Origin: a virus
Taxonomy: Duplodnaviria > Caudoviricetes
Virus record (IMG/VR): IMGVR_UViG_3300014208_000023
Coordinates: 224,001-288,000 of that record
Length of the DNA stretch: 64,000 nucleotides
Direction: 5' to 3' (one strand)
Position numbers and translations under genes: made by a program
Shown: in pieces, positions 48,808 to 57,317 of the stretch
Layout: each line of letters opens with the position of its first letter
How positions within the stretch are numbered: position 1 is the first letter of the stretch
Notes under the pieces: model-generated
The model's database searches: none
Told to the model about the DNA's origin: nothing
The model's input: only the letters and a program-made list of their open reading frames with translations

Positions 48808-48909
48808 CTAGCTCTTTGTTTTCTTAGCCTTTTTCTTTGCTTTCGTGCTCTTCTTTGAGCTGGAGCTACTGACGGTTTTAGTTGCTTTTTTTGAATTACC
48901 TTTTTTCAT
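48808..48909 (-). CDS. 33-aa lysine-rich peptide (not in ORF track)
   Basis: MKKGNSKKATKTVSSSSSKKSTKAKKKAKKTKS; AGGAGGTG SD directly upstream; TAG TAA stop followed by terminator. Confidence 0.7.
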   Translation of the reverse strand: MKKGNSKKATKTVSSSSSKKSTKAKKKAKKTKS

Positions 48910-48988
48910 ATACACCTCCTTTTTCGGATTTTTTTTACGGAGAGAATCAGATAAACTCTCCTATTCATATACCGAAGTATAGGAAGTT

Positions 48989-49495
48989 CTAGTCAATATT
49001 CGTAAATAAATTCCAACTTGAGTGCCAATCTTCTTGCTGGGGAGACACTACTAGATAGCCGGCTGGAGTTTCTGGTTGTTTAACCAACCTCATTCCAATT
49101 TCATTGGGAAGTCTTGATCCCTTTTTCTCATTACAATCGTGACAAGCCGCAACACAATTTTCAAACGTATTGCTTCCTCCGCGACTTTTTGGAATAATAT
49201 GATCTATTGTGACCTGGGAGGACGTTAAACTTTTTCTGCAATACTGGCACCCATAGTTATCTCTCTTGAAAACTGCGCTGCGAGAGAAAACCATTTTAAT
49301 GAAATTACGAACAATTTTATTTTTGAGCTTCAATACGGCAGGAAGCTCAATAAATCCAGAAGAATGGAAGTATTTTACATCAGCCCATAATGATATTACA
49401 TCAACCTTGTCTTCTTTTAACAAAAGTTTTATTGCTCTTTTGTCTGGTATAAAAGCTAGCGGCTGATAGTCGCCATTAAGCAACAGCGTCTTCAT
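48989..49495 (-). CDS. HNH endonuclease (McrA-like)
   Basis: TLLLNGDYQPL; RDNYGCQYC...TIDHIIPKSRGG...NCVAACHDCNEKK. Confidence 0.85.
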   Translation of the reverse strand: MKTLLLNGDYQPLAFIPDKRAIKLLLKEDKVDVISLWADVKYFHSSGFIELPAVLKLKNKIVRNFIKMVFSRSAVFKRDNYGCQYCRKSLTSSQVTIDHIIPKSRGGSNTFENCVAACHDCNEKKGSRLPNEIGMRLVKQPETPAGYLVVSPQQEDWHSSWNLFTNID

Positions 49496-50201
49496 TTACA
49501 ACTTCCATTAATTTCTGAAGCGAATCTCTAACGTCTTCTCCGTCGCATACTTCATTACCGATTGTGGTCCATCCTACTAGCGATCTCCGAGCAAATATCT
49601 CAAGTTTTTTGCAACGTGGGAACATCAAATCTAAAGAGTTTTGTAAATGACCTGGCTTAGCTGAATGTTTCATGTTCTGTCCGAATGAGACGGACCTCTG
49701 CGATTTGTTATTTAATAATTTATATATTTTCGTGCTATTGATGCCAATTAAACAAATTTCGTGCGTTTGTCTAAATAGCCTACCCATTCCAAATCCCAAA
49801 ATTGACTCGTCCAACACGAATTCAAAATCTTTAAATGTTATTGGCTTACCATTTAACTTAACGGCTTTTCTTTGAACTTTTTTAACTAAACCAATTAATT
49901 CTTTTCGAATCACATTAGTGATATTTTCTTTTTTCTTTGACTTTGCCCAAATATAGGTTTGACGCTGCTCAAACCCCCAAGCCTCCATTACGTCTAGCCC
50001 TTCTTGAAGTAAAGAGCTTGGAACCCAAAGTGCCAGAATACATCCATTAGGATCTGCAACCTCTGATACTTTTAGTTTTTTTATTTCTTCAATATCTAGT
50101 GTTGGATAGTTGGCGTCAGCACCTCTTGGTACGCTTGACATTTCAAGCTTATCAGAAAATAACCAAGGCGGATCTGCAACTATTACTTGAAATTTACTCA
50201 T
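49476..50201 (-). CDS. MT-A70 family N6-adenine methyltransferase
   Basis: VIVADPPW, NYPTL, LALWV, EAWGF, HEICLIG, HSAKP, LEIFAR; start at ATG 50201. Confidence 0.85.
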   Translation of the reverse strand: MSKFQVIVADPPWLFSDKLEMSSVPRGADANYPTLDIEEIKKLKVSEVADPNGCILALWVPSSLLQEGLDVMEAWGFEQRQTYIWAKSKKKENITNVIRKELIGLVKKVQRKAVKLNGKPITFKDFEFVLDESILGFGMGRLFRQTHEICLIGINSTKIYKLLNNKSQRSVSFGQNMKHSAKPGHLQNSLDLMFPRCKKLEIFARRSLVGWTTIGNEVCDGEDVRDSLQKLMEVVNEDAVA

Positions 50202-50208
50202 TACTATC

Positions 50209-50568
50209 TTATATAACCGGTTTCTCCGTATCTTTGATTTGTTCGAGCACATTTTCGATTGCGAAGATTTTAATTTTTCTTCCGTTGCTTCTTCGCTCTT
50301 CCATTAAATTTCTGTATTTCTTATTGATCTTGAATATTTTAGTCAGGTCTGAAATTTTGAAATTACTTCTAAACGAGCCAATCCATCTATCCATACTTTC
50401 CGGTAATTTCGGAAGACCATCTATTTCAGATGAAAGTACCGCTATCTCTGCATCTATTCTTTTTTGGTTCTCGTAAAGTTCTTGTAGATATAGATATTTC
50501 TTGTAGTCTGGAGATTCCACATCATCAGCAGAGGTTTCGATTGTCTGGGCGTCGATATAACCATCCAT
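50209..50568 (-). CDS. Hypothetical protein
   Basis: 119-aa ORF in operon. Confidence 0.6.
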   Translation of the reverse strand: MDGYIDAQTIETSADDVESPDYKKYLYLQELYENQKRIDAEIAVLSSEIDGLPKLPESMDRWIGSFRSNFKISDLTKIFKINKKYRNLMEERRSNGRKIKIFAIENVLEQIKDTEKPVI

Positions 50569-50576
50569 TAAATAAC

Positions 50577-51278
50577 CTACTCTCTATTAACTATTAGCGT
50601 TGGAAGAATTATCGTGCTATTAGAATTGCCTACCGTAATGTTTTGTTCGCCTTCTATTTTTTTCTGCAGCGCGGTATCCATCTTGGAAACTTTTACCGTA
50701 TATTTTCCTGGAGGCAGTTGAGCTTGCCATTTACCCATCGGATTAGTTCTTGTTTTTAGAACTGGTGACCCATCGCTAGAAAACAAATTAATTTCTGCCA
50801 TGAATAAATCTTTATTGCTATTATCCTGCACTCTTTGTGAGACTGGAACTTTCTTTTCTGATTTAACTGGCTCAGCGACTTTTGGCTTGAATTCTTCTGG
50901 TGCTGATTTTTTTCTACTAGCCATATAGTCTTTAAACTCTATATCAGCATTTGAAGCTTTCGTGCTGGGCGCATTGGCCGGCCTATTTATTCTTCTTTGT
51001 CCCTTAAATTCTCTCTCTACTTCAATTGGAAAACCAGGATCGATCGCAATAGCTTCTGATGGTTGCTCAGGCGTAAAAAACTTGCTCTTAATTGAGGCGC
51101 GCAATTCTGTAGGCATTTGTTGTACATCAATAAGTGCCTCTAATATTGCATTTGTTTTATTACAATTGCCAAGTATCATTTTCAATATTGAGTCTTGAAG
51201 ATTAACTATTCCTTTTAATGAGCGAATTTCTGTTTCAAGAGCTAAAAGAATATCTGAAGCTTTTCTCGGTTCTGTCAT
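50577..51278 (-). CDS. Hypothetical protein with C-terminal prealbumin/Ig-like beta domain
   Basis: TRTNPMGKWQAQLPPGKYTVKV. Confidence 0.55.
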   Translation of the reverse strand: MTEPRKASDILLALETEIRSLKGIVNLQDSILKMILGNCNKTNAILEALIDVQQMPTELRASIKSKFFTPEQPSEAIAIDPGFPIEVEREFKGQRRINRPANAPSTKASNADIEFKDYMASRKKSAPEEFKPKVAEPVKSEKKVPVSQRVQDNSNKDLFMAEINLFSSDGSPVLKTRTNPMGKWQAQLPPGKYTVKVSKMDTALQKKIEGEQNITVGNSNSTIILPTLIVNRE

Positions 51279-51279
51279 C

Positions 51280-51849
51280 TCAATCCTTTATAAAAACTCC
51301 AACTTGGATATCAACTCTCTTAAGGACTATAATATCTTCTTGCGGAACTTTTGATAGTTCAAAATCCAAATCTTCCCCATATAAAATAGATTTTACTTTT
51401 TCTTCTATTACATCTAATGATCCGCACATTATAATTTTGCCGGATATCATTAAAATATATTGGCCAACATCTGGAACCATTGATTCCTCCGTCTTATTAG
51501 AATCCAAATCAATAAAGTCGCCATTCTCAATTGCTTCTGACATTTCTTTTTCTGAAGAAAAACCAAAATTTAAAAACTCATTATTATCTATGATGTGGCT
51601 GTCTTTTTTGCTAGCTGATTGATGGCGCTTCCCTTCTTGATCAAAGGAAGCTCCATCAACCTCAGATATGGTATCTGGTGATAGCGGGGTTTTTCCTGGA
51701 GAAAAAGCTATTGGTAGTAAAGACTCTGGCCGAGCATAATTGTTAGGATTTATAGTGGTTGGATTGATTCCAAGCCTCTCATATTCTGGCGTTCTAATTT
51801 CTACTGGTCTAGGACGATTCCTATTGGGATTCTTTACTACGTCTGACAT
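51280..51849 (-). CDS. Hypothetical protein
   Basis: 189-aa ORF coupled to rpsU by TAATG. Confidence 0.7.
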   Translation of the reverse strand: MSDVVKNPNRNRPRPVEIRTPEYERLGINPTTINPNNYARPESLLPIAFSPGKTPLSPDTISEVDGASFDQEGKRHQSASKKDSHIIDNNEFLNFGFSSEKEMSEAIENGDFIDLDSNKTEESMVPDVGQYILMISGKIIMCGSLDVIEEKVKSILYGEDLDFELSKVPQEDIIVLKRVDIQVGVFIKD

Positions 51850-52217
51850 TAAACTTCTCCAAGCTCTTTGGTTCTAACGCTTCGCTGGCGCATTTTCTGC
51901 TCTTTGCGAACCTGCTTCTTTGCCTTCTCTTTTTCATATTCTCCAGAGATGATTTTTTTCATCTTCATCTCTTCTTTATATGCGTTTTGAATTGCCTCTG
52001 ATTGCTTACGGCGTTTTTTATCCGAAGGCTTTTCATATCGTGACTTCTCTTTATATTCCGAGAGAATATTTTCTGACTGGACTATCTGCCTAAATGTCTT
52101 CATTGCTCTCTCAAAACCATTTCCAAAAACCTGAACTTGTAGTGGTTTGAAATAATTTGAGTCAATTTCCTGAGGGATTGATGACTTTTCTACTGCTGGG
52201 GACTTACTTTTTTTCAT
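51849..52217 (-). CDS. rpsU: Ribosomal protein bS21 homolog with N- and C-terminal extensions
   Basis: VQVFGNGFERAMKTFRQIVQSENILSEYKEKSRYEKPSDKKRRK matches the bS21 core; start likely ATG 52217 (ATGA overlap). Confidence 0.8.
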   Translation of the reverse strand: MKKSKSPAVEKSSIPQEIDSNYFKPLQVQVFGNGFERAMKTFRQIVQSENILSEYKEKSRYEKPSDKKRRKQSEAIQNAYKEEMKMKKIISGEYEKEKAKKQVRKEQKMRQRSVRTKELGEV

Positions 52218-52369
52218 TTTCTTCTTCTTTCTCTTTCCGAACATAGCTGCGAAAACCTTGTGCCATAGTAACCTATAAATTCATTCATATCCGTGTCAAA
52301 TATCTTATTAAGATCTCTTATTTCTTGCTCTAACTCACCATCAGTTAGGGTGGCCACATTTTCATTCAT
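52214..52369 (-). CDS. 51-aa hypothetical protein between topA and rpsU (not in ORF track)
   Basis: MNENVATLTDGELEQEIRDLNKIFDTDMNEFIGYYGTRFSQLCSERERRRK; overlaps topA end and rpsU start. Confidence 0.5.
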   Translation of the reverse strand: MNENVATLTDGELEQEIRDLNKIFDTDMNEFIGYYGTRFSQLCSERERRRK

Positions 52370-54128
52370 TTTTCACCATACTCTTTGTGTTTTTACAAAT
52401 CGGCCACTGGTTACATCCAAAAAACTCATCGTTGTTTTTGGATTTTCGTTTAATCATTACTCCACCACAAGAACATATATCGTGACCATCCTTAATATAT
52501 GCTGCGTCTAACTGCTTTTTGAATTCTATATAAAATTCTTTTAGAACATCTAGTGAATTCAGCTTACCTTCCGCTATCTTATCGAGTTTCACCTCCATAT
52601 TTGAGGTATAGTCGTAGCTAACAAAAGAGAAAAATTGCTCTAAAAGCTCTGTGATATCCCGGCCTATTTTGGTTGGCCTAAAAGTAGAGCCTTGTTTTTC
52701 TACATAATTTCGCGCAGTAATGGTTTTGATAATTGACGCATATGTAGCTGGACGACCTATTCCTTTAGCCTCTAGATCTTCTAGGATGGTAAAGTCATTA
52801 TATCGCGAAGGGGGCTGCGTGAATTTTTGCTCTGACTTAATGCTTTTTGGATTAAGCCTAACCGGATCTCCCTTACTTAATAAAGGAAGGTCTATCGTCC
52901 CAACTTCTTTTTTGCCAAAGATCGATAGATATCCAGGATCTTTTAAGGCCTTACCAGATGTTTTGAATACTAGCTTGTTATTTTTGATTCCAACCAAACG
53001 AATTTGCATAGTAGAATAAATCGCCGGAGTCATTTGAGACGCCAAGAAATGTTCAAAAATAGTTCTATATACCATCTGATCATCACCAGACAACATTTTA
53101 GAGTCTGGAGAATTATCAAGATTGGTTGGCCTTAAGCACTCGTGTCCTGCTTGAGCATTTCCTTTGTCTTCGTATTTGACCGGAGATTTTGGAATAGCAA
53201 ACCCTTTATTAGTCAAATACTCACGTGCAGGTCCGAGTGCGTCATCTGAAATTCTAACGCTATCAGTTCTTAAATATGTAATGTATCCGCTTTCATATAA
53301 GAACTGGGCAGCCTTCATTGTTCTTTCGGCATCCCACCCATGCTCCTTCGCCATAATTTGCTGGAGTCTAATTGTAATTAGAGGGGCAAATGGTCCTTTA
53401 GGCTTGTTTTGACTTTGGACCGAAGAAACGACGAAACCTTCTTCAGCTGATATTTGATTAACATACTTGTCAGCTTCTTCCTTATTTTTGATTTTGATGT
53501 CGAACTTACCGGCAAATGTTTGTTTATCTTTAGTGCCAAATTCAGCATAAATATTCCAAAATTCTTCTCGCTTAAAGTTTTCAATTGATTTCTCCAGATC
53601 TACTATTAGTTTAGTGACTGCGCTTTGAACTCTACCTGAAGATAGAGTTGTTTTATAATGATTGCTGATAAAAGGAGAGCAGCTAAATCCTACGAGACGA
53701 TCAATTATTCTTCTATTCTCTTGAGAAGAAACTAGATTTTGATCAATTTCTTTTTTATTTTTAATACCATTTTTGATTCCTGCTTTGGTTATCTCGCCAA
53801 ACAAAGCTCTCTTAATTGGTTTATTGAAACTTTTTAGATATCGATTTAGATCCCAGGCAATCTTTTCACCTTCACGATCAGGGTCGGAACAAATCAAGAT
53901 CTCATCGCACTTTTGCGCCGAGTCAAGAATGGTTTGCAGAGTGGATACCTTATCTTTCATAAGCATATATGTTGGTTCGAAGTTATTCTTAACATCAACG
54001 CCCATTTGATTGGTTGGAAGATCGGCTATATGGCCATAACAAGCCAGCACCTCATAATCTTTACCCAGGTATTGACCTATGCTTTGAGCTTTTTTATTGC
54101 TTTCGACCACTATTAATGTTTTACTCAT
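52362..54128 (-). CDS. topA: DNA topoisomerase I (type IA)
   Basis: LIVVES, SDPDREGE, SSGRVQS, ITYLRTDS (catalytic Tyr), GIGRPATY, one C-terminal zinc ribbon. Confidence 0.95.
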   Translation of the reverse strand: MSKTLIVVESNKKAQSIGQYLGKDYEVLACYGHIADLPTNQMGVDVKNNFEPTYMLMKDKVSTLQTILDSAQKCDEILICSDPDREGEKIAWDLNRYLKSFNKPIKRALFGEITKAGIKNGIKNKKEIDQNLVSSQENRRIIDRLVGFSCSPFISNHYKTTLSSGRVQSAVTKLIVDLEKSIENFKREEFWNIYAEFGTKDKQTFAGKFDIKIKNKEEADKYVNQISAEEGFVVSSVQSQNKPKGPFAPLITIRLQQIMAKEHGWDAERTMKAAQFLYESGYITYLRTDSVRISDDALGPAREYLTNKGFAIPKSPVKYEDKGNAQAGHECLRPTNLDNSPDSKMLSGDDQMVYRTIFEHFLASQMTPAIYSTMQIRLVGIKNNKLVFKTSGKALKDPGYLSIFGKKEVGTIDLPLLSKGDPVRLNPKSIKSEQKFTQPPSRYNDFTILEDLEAKGIGRPATYASIIKTITARNYVEKQGSTFRPTKIGRDITELLEQFFSFVSYDYTSNMEVKLDKIAEGKLNSLDVLKEFYIEFKKQLDAAYIKDGHDICSCGGVMIKRKSKNNDEFFGCNQWPICKNTKSMVKNE

Positions 54129-54285
54129 TTTTTGATCCGTTCTTTATTTCTCATCTTATCTAGGCCACTAAATGTAGCTTTTTGCCCAGAAAGCTCATTT
54201 GCTGGTCCCCAAAAATATCCACAATTTTGGTGGTTATTACAATCAGTTACCCCGTCATGCAAAATACAGAGGCGGAATATTAAAT

Positions 54286-54720
54286 ATGGACGATTATCTT
54301 TATTCATTTTATTGTATTCTCTATGTGGAGTATTTTAAATCTCTTAATGATTATTTTCAAATTGAATTGCAAAAGCTTGAATGTGAAGATGAGCTTAAGG
54401 TATATATAATAAGCATATTTTCTAAATATAAAACATCTGAAAATGATTTATCTAAACAAAGTTTAACAATTGAGTATGCTTCGGCCAAGTTTAAAAGAGA
54501 CTTTGCAAAATTTCAAGACATTGGTGATTGGATTTTTTATACCAATACTCTCTATCCGGAGAGTTTAAATAATGCCTCTAGAAATTATTATTATTCGGTT
54601 GGGCAGATGAGCTATTACTCTTGCTACACTATGGTAAGAGATTGGAAGCTATACGAACAAATGGCAGATAGATTTATTGATTTAAGCGAAACGTCACGAA
54701 AAATCATTCGTAAATTCTAA
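54286..54720 (+). CDS. Hypothetical Tyr-rich helical protein (antisense island)
   Basis: ORF on plus strand; probable start MDDYL at 54286. Confidence 0.6.
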   Translation: MDDYLYSFYCILYVEYFKSLNDYFQIELQKLECEDELKVYIISIFSKYKTSENDLSKQSLTIEYASAKFKRDFAKFQDIGDWIFYTNTLYPESLNNASRNYYYSVGQMSYYSCYTMVRDWKLYEQMADRFIDLSETSRKIIRKF

Positions 54721-55495
54721 TTTTTGTTTTATAAATTCTGCTTTTGTTTCTTTTGGCTCTAACGCACTCCATTGAGTTAAGGTCTATACATAATAAACTT
54801 TGTGGGGCGTTGTCTCCTAACACAAGATAAGTAGGGTATATCGCGGCCTTTTTGCCAGCGTTATGAACGCCTACCATTATCTTACCGTGTTCCATCATCT
54901 TCTCGACATCTAAAAAATTACCACCGCGCCAAGCTCTTTGGTAGCGAAGGTTGGCTGTGTTGTCAAACGCAAATGTAGTTTGGTTAGTTTCTTCTAGCGG
55001 AAGGCTTGTATTCCAGCCTCCATGAAAGAAGAAAAAATCCTCACACGCGTGTGTGTATGTGAGTGACTGAAGAAACTGAATATGGATATTCGGTATAATA
55101 TCTTTAAGCCTCATTTGTGGTATAGATGCTGCCGGTTCTTTTAGCCTAGCTACTTTCAAATAGCCAGTTAAAGTTGTGCTTCCACCATTTTGAATCCAAT
55201 ACTGGTAATCCTTTTCTGTTCCAGTTATAGCCTTAAGCATCATATGCTCATGATCGCCAATAAGAAAAATGGCTCGGTCACCATATTCTTCCTTAATGGA
55301 AATCAAGGAGTCCAACACTTTGCCGCCATCTTCGTCACCATCAATATATCCGCCAAGCATAATGAGAGTATCTTCTTGCCCCTTAAATTTTCGAAGGGGC
55401 AATACTCTATTTAAAATGACTTCCAGACTTGCCAGATTTCCTCTAACCTCTGGAATGACATAGATGCTTTTAAAACTCGGTCGCCACTTTCTCAC
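54704..55495 (-). CDS. Calcineurin-like (PPP/lambda phosphatase-type) metallophosphoesterase homolog with degenerate metal ligands
   Basis: IPEVRGN (cf. GDxHG), LGGYID (cf. GDxxD), GDHE (cf. GNHE), FHGG. Confidence 0.65.
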   Translation of the reverse strand: MRKWRPSFKSIYVIPEVRGNLASLEVILNRVLPLRKFKGQEDTLIMLGGYIDGDEDGGKVLDSLISIKEEYGDRAIFLIGDHEHMMLKAITGTEKDYQYWIQNGGSTTLTGYLKVARLKEPAASIPQMRLKDIIPNIHIQFLQSLTYTHACEDFFFFHGGWNTSLPLEETNQTTFAFDNTANLRYQRAWRGGNFLDVEKMMEHGKIMVGVHNAGKKAAIYPTYLVLGDNAPQSLLCIDLNSMECVRAKRNKSRIYKTKIRIYE

Positions 55496-56001
55496 TATAT
55501 TCCTAACGCTTTAATTTCTTCTTTTGAAAGTTTAGATTTGGCAGATTTTAATGCGGCTAATTTTGCCAGCTTCTTTTTTTCTAATTTAAGAGCCTTATTC
55601 TTTTTTTCATCGGCCTCCCATTTTGGGAATAAGTTCTTGCCATCAATGAGTTCATTTTCAAAATCTTCAAACAACCATCTATATGGCATTCCCTGGGTTA
55701 GACTATATTTTTCGCCTTCCAATATGGCATTAAACTTTTCTCGAATATGCCCTTTGTCACTACAATAATAAATGATTGGGCCAAGATCGATATACTCCGG
55801 CATATGAATTAATGATAATAGATCGCCAAGCTCATTTTCTTCGGCACCATCGACATACCACCCTTCAAGATTGTAACCAAAAACTTCCCAAATTTTTTTA
55901 AGAATAAAGTCAATCCTATCTTCAATCATCCCATTGATTGTAGCTAATTCTTTGAGTAATTCATCTTGTTTATCAAAAATATCTAAATCTAGTGGTTTCA
56001 T
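55495..56001 (-). CDS. Hypothetical protein with Lys-rich C-terminus
   Basis: 168-aa ORF coupled at both ends. Confidence 0.65.
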   Translation of the reverse strand: MKPLDLDIFDKQDELLKELATINGMIEDRIDFILKKIWEVFGYNLEGWYVDGAEENELGDLLSLIHMPEYIDLGPIIYYCSDKGHIREKFNAILEGEKYSLTQGMPYRWLFEDFENELIDGKNLFPKWEADEKKNKALKLEKKKLAKLAALKSAKSKLSKEEIKALGI

Positions 56002-57317
56002 TTTTCTTCCTTAAGTTTGGACTGAACTTTTTCTACAAGAATTTTTTTCAATCTATTAACATAAACGAATCCTCCCATTTGATAATGAGGAGGTATTCTC
56101 AAGTGTTTAATTTTTACTTTGGTTCCAGGCTTGACAATCGTTGGATCCATACATACCTTAAGGCAACTGTATTCTCTTACCTTGTCAAGCAGAGACTCTC
56201 CAGTTGCTTCATCGGTAATTTCAAGTATCTTGCCAATATAATATGGCTGACAATAGTATCCGCCTCTACCACCAACATATATTTCTTGAGTTAGATTTGG
56301 TATCTCAAAACTTTCATTCACTTCTGCGCTAAATATACTTTCTCCACCAAAAATACTTAATCTTTCATCTAGAAGAGATGTTATGTGATGTTCTTGTCCT
56401 TTTTGAGTATATGAAAATGGCAGATTTTTTTCTAGGTGAGAAATAAATTCTTGTAGAATTTTTGATTGAATCTTACCGCCACCACTAGCTCTTCCAGAAC
56501 TACTTAAATAAGGAATTACTTCTTCAGGGTATTTATCCAGAGAAGAGCTAAATGCTTTATACATACACAACTTAATTACATAAGTTGCTGGGAACCCACG
56601 GAAGTGTAGAGTTCTTATTTGAGCATCAATACATTCATTGATAACCCTATAGGCCTTATCAACTTCCTCTTGCGCAGAAAGCCTTGCAACTCCGGTAGAT
56701 ACGGAATCTGCAAAATGCTCTAGATTAGAAGATACTGCCGTCCTATTGATTTTTACAGCAGGATGATGCATCTTGTTTAGGGATGTCTGCTCTCCTTCAA
56801 ATGCGCAGTTTTTGTATGGGCACTTTGTATGACCGCTATTGTTTTCTGGTATAAACTTTGAGCAATCTGGACACTTATATCCAACCGCCGAATGTATAGA
56901 GAACGTTTCGTGCAAAAGAATATCTTTGGCCGAATTTGAGTTGTTACCAATTTCTTTAAAACAATTGGCGCAACACAATCCGTCAGAGGTGAAGCTCAAT
57001 ACTTCTATGTGGTTATTTTCTTTGCATCCCGGACAAATTAGGGTGCTTGTTCTATTTTCATTTACAAGCTTTAAATTAGCAAGCCTTAATGTTCCATACA
57101 AATATGAATCCAAGTAATTAGTGTCTTTATCCTTGGATACGTAATTGTCATAGGCGTTGTCAAGTGCCGATTTCATTATTGACTTAAACGCTGAAAATGC
57201 AACGCCAGAACGATCGTATGTTGCGTTGCTCATTTTATGGATAGTGCCGTTATACTTATCCATAAATGAATTTACATAATTCTCTTCAGTTTGAAGCATT
57301 AAAAACCTCTTTGGCAT
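55998..57317 (-). CDS. Hypothetical multi-zinc-ribbon protein; N-terminus possibly sigma region 2-like
   Basis: CPGC, CANC, CPDC, CPYKNC; N-terminal DKYNGTIHKMS...ALDNAYDNY...YLDSYLYGTLR. Confidence 0.55.
   Translation of the reverse strand: MPKRFLMLQTEENYVNSFMDKYNGTIHKMSNATYDRSGVAFSAFKSIMKSALDNAYDNYVSKDKDTNYLDSYLYGTLRLANLKLVNENRTSTLICPGCKENNHIEVLSFTSDGLCCANCFKEIGNNSNSAKDILLHETFSIHSAVGYKCPDCSKFIPENNSGHTKCPYKNCAFEGEQTSLNKMHHPAVKINRTAVSSNLEHFADSVSTGVARLSAQEEVDKAYRVINECIDAQIRTLHFRGFPATYVIKLCMYKAFSSSLDKYPEEVIPYLSSSGRASGGGKIQSKILQEFISHLEKNLPFSYTQKGQEHHITSLLDERLSIFGGESIFSAEVNESFEIPNLTQEIYVGGRGGYYCQPYYIGKILEITDEATGESLLDKVREYSCLKVCMDPTIVKPGTKVKIKHLRIPPHYQMGGFVYVNRLKKILVEKVQSKLKEEK

Noticed and set aside
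54125-54307. 60-aa minus-strand ORF upstream of topA
   Set aside because: It overlaps the probable start of the plus-strand gene at 54286 and has no recognisable motif; it may be real but cannot be supported.
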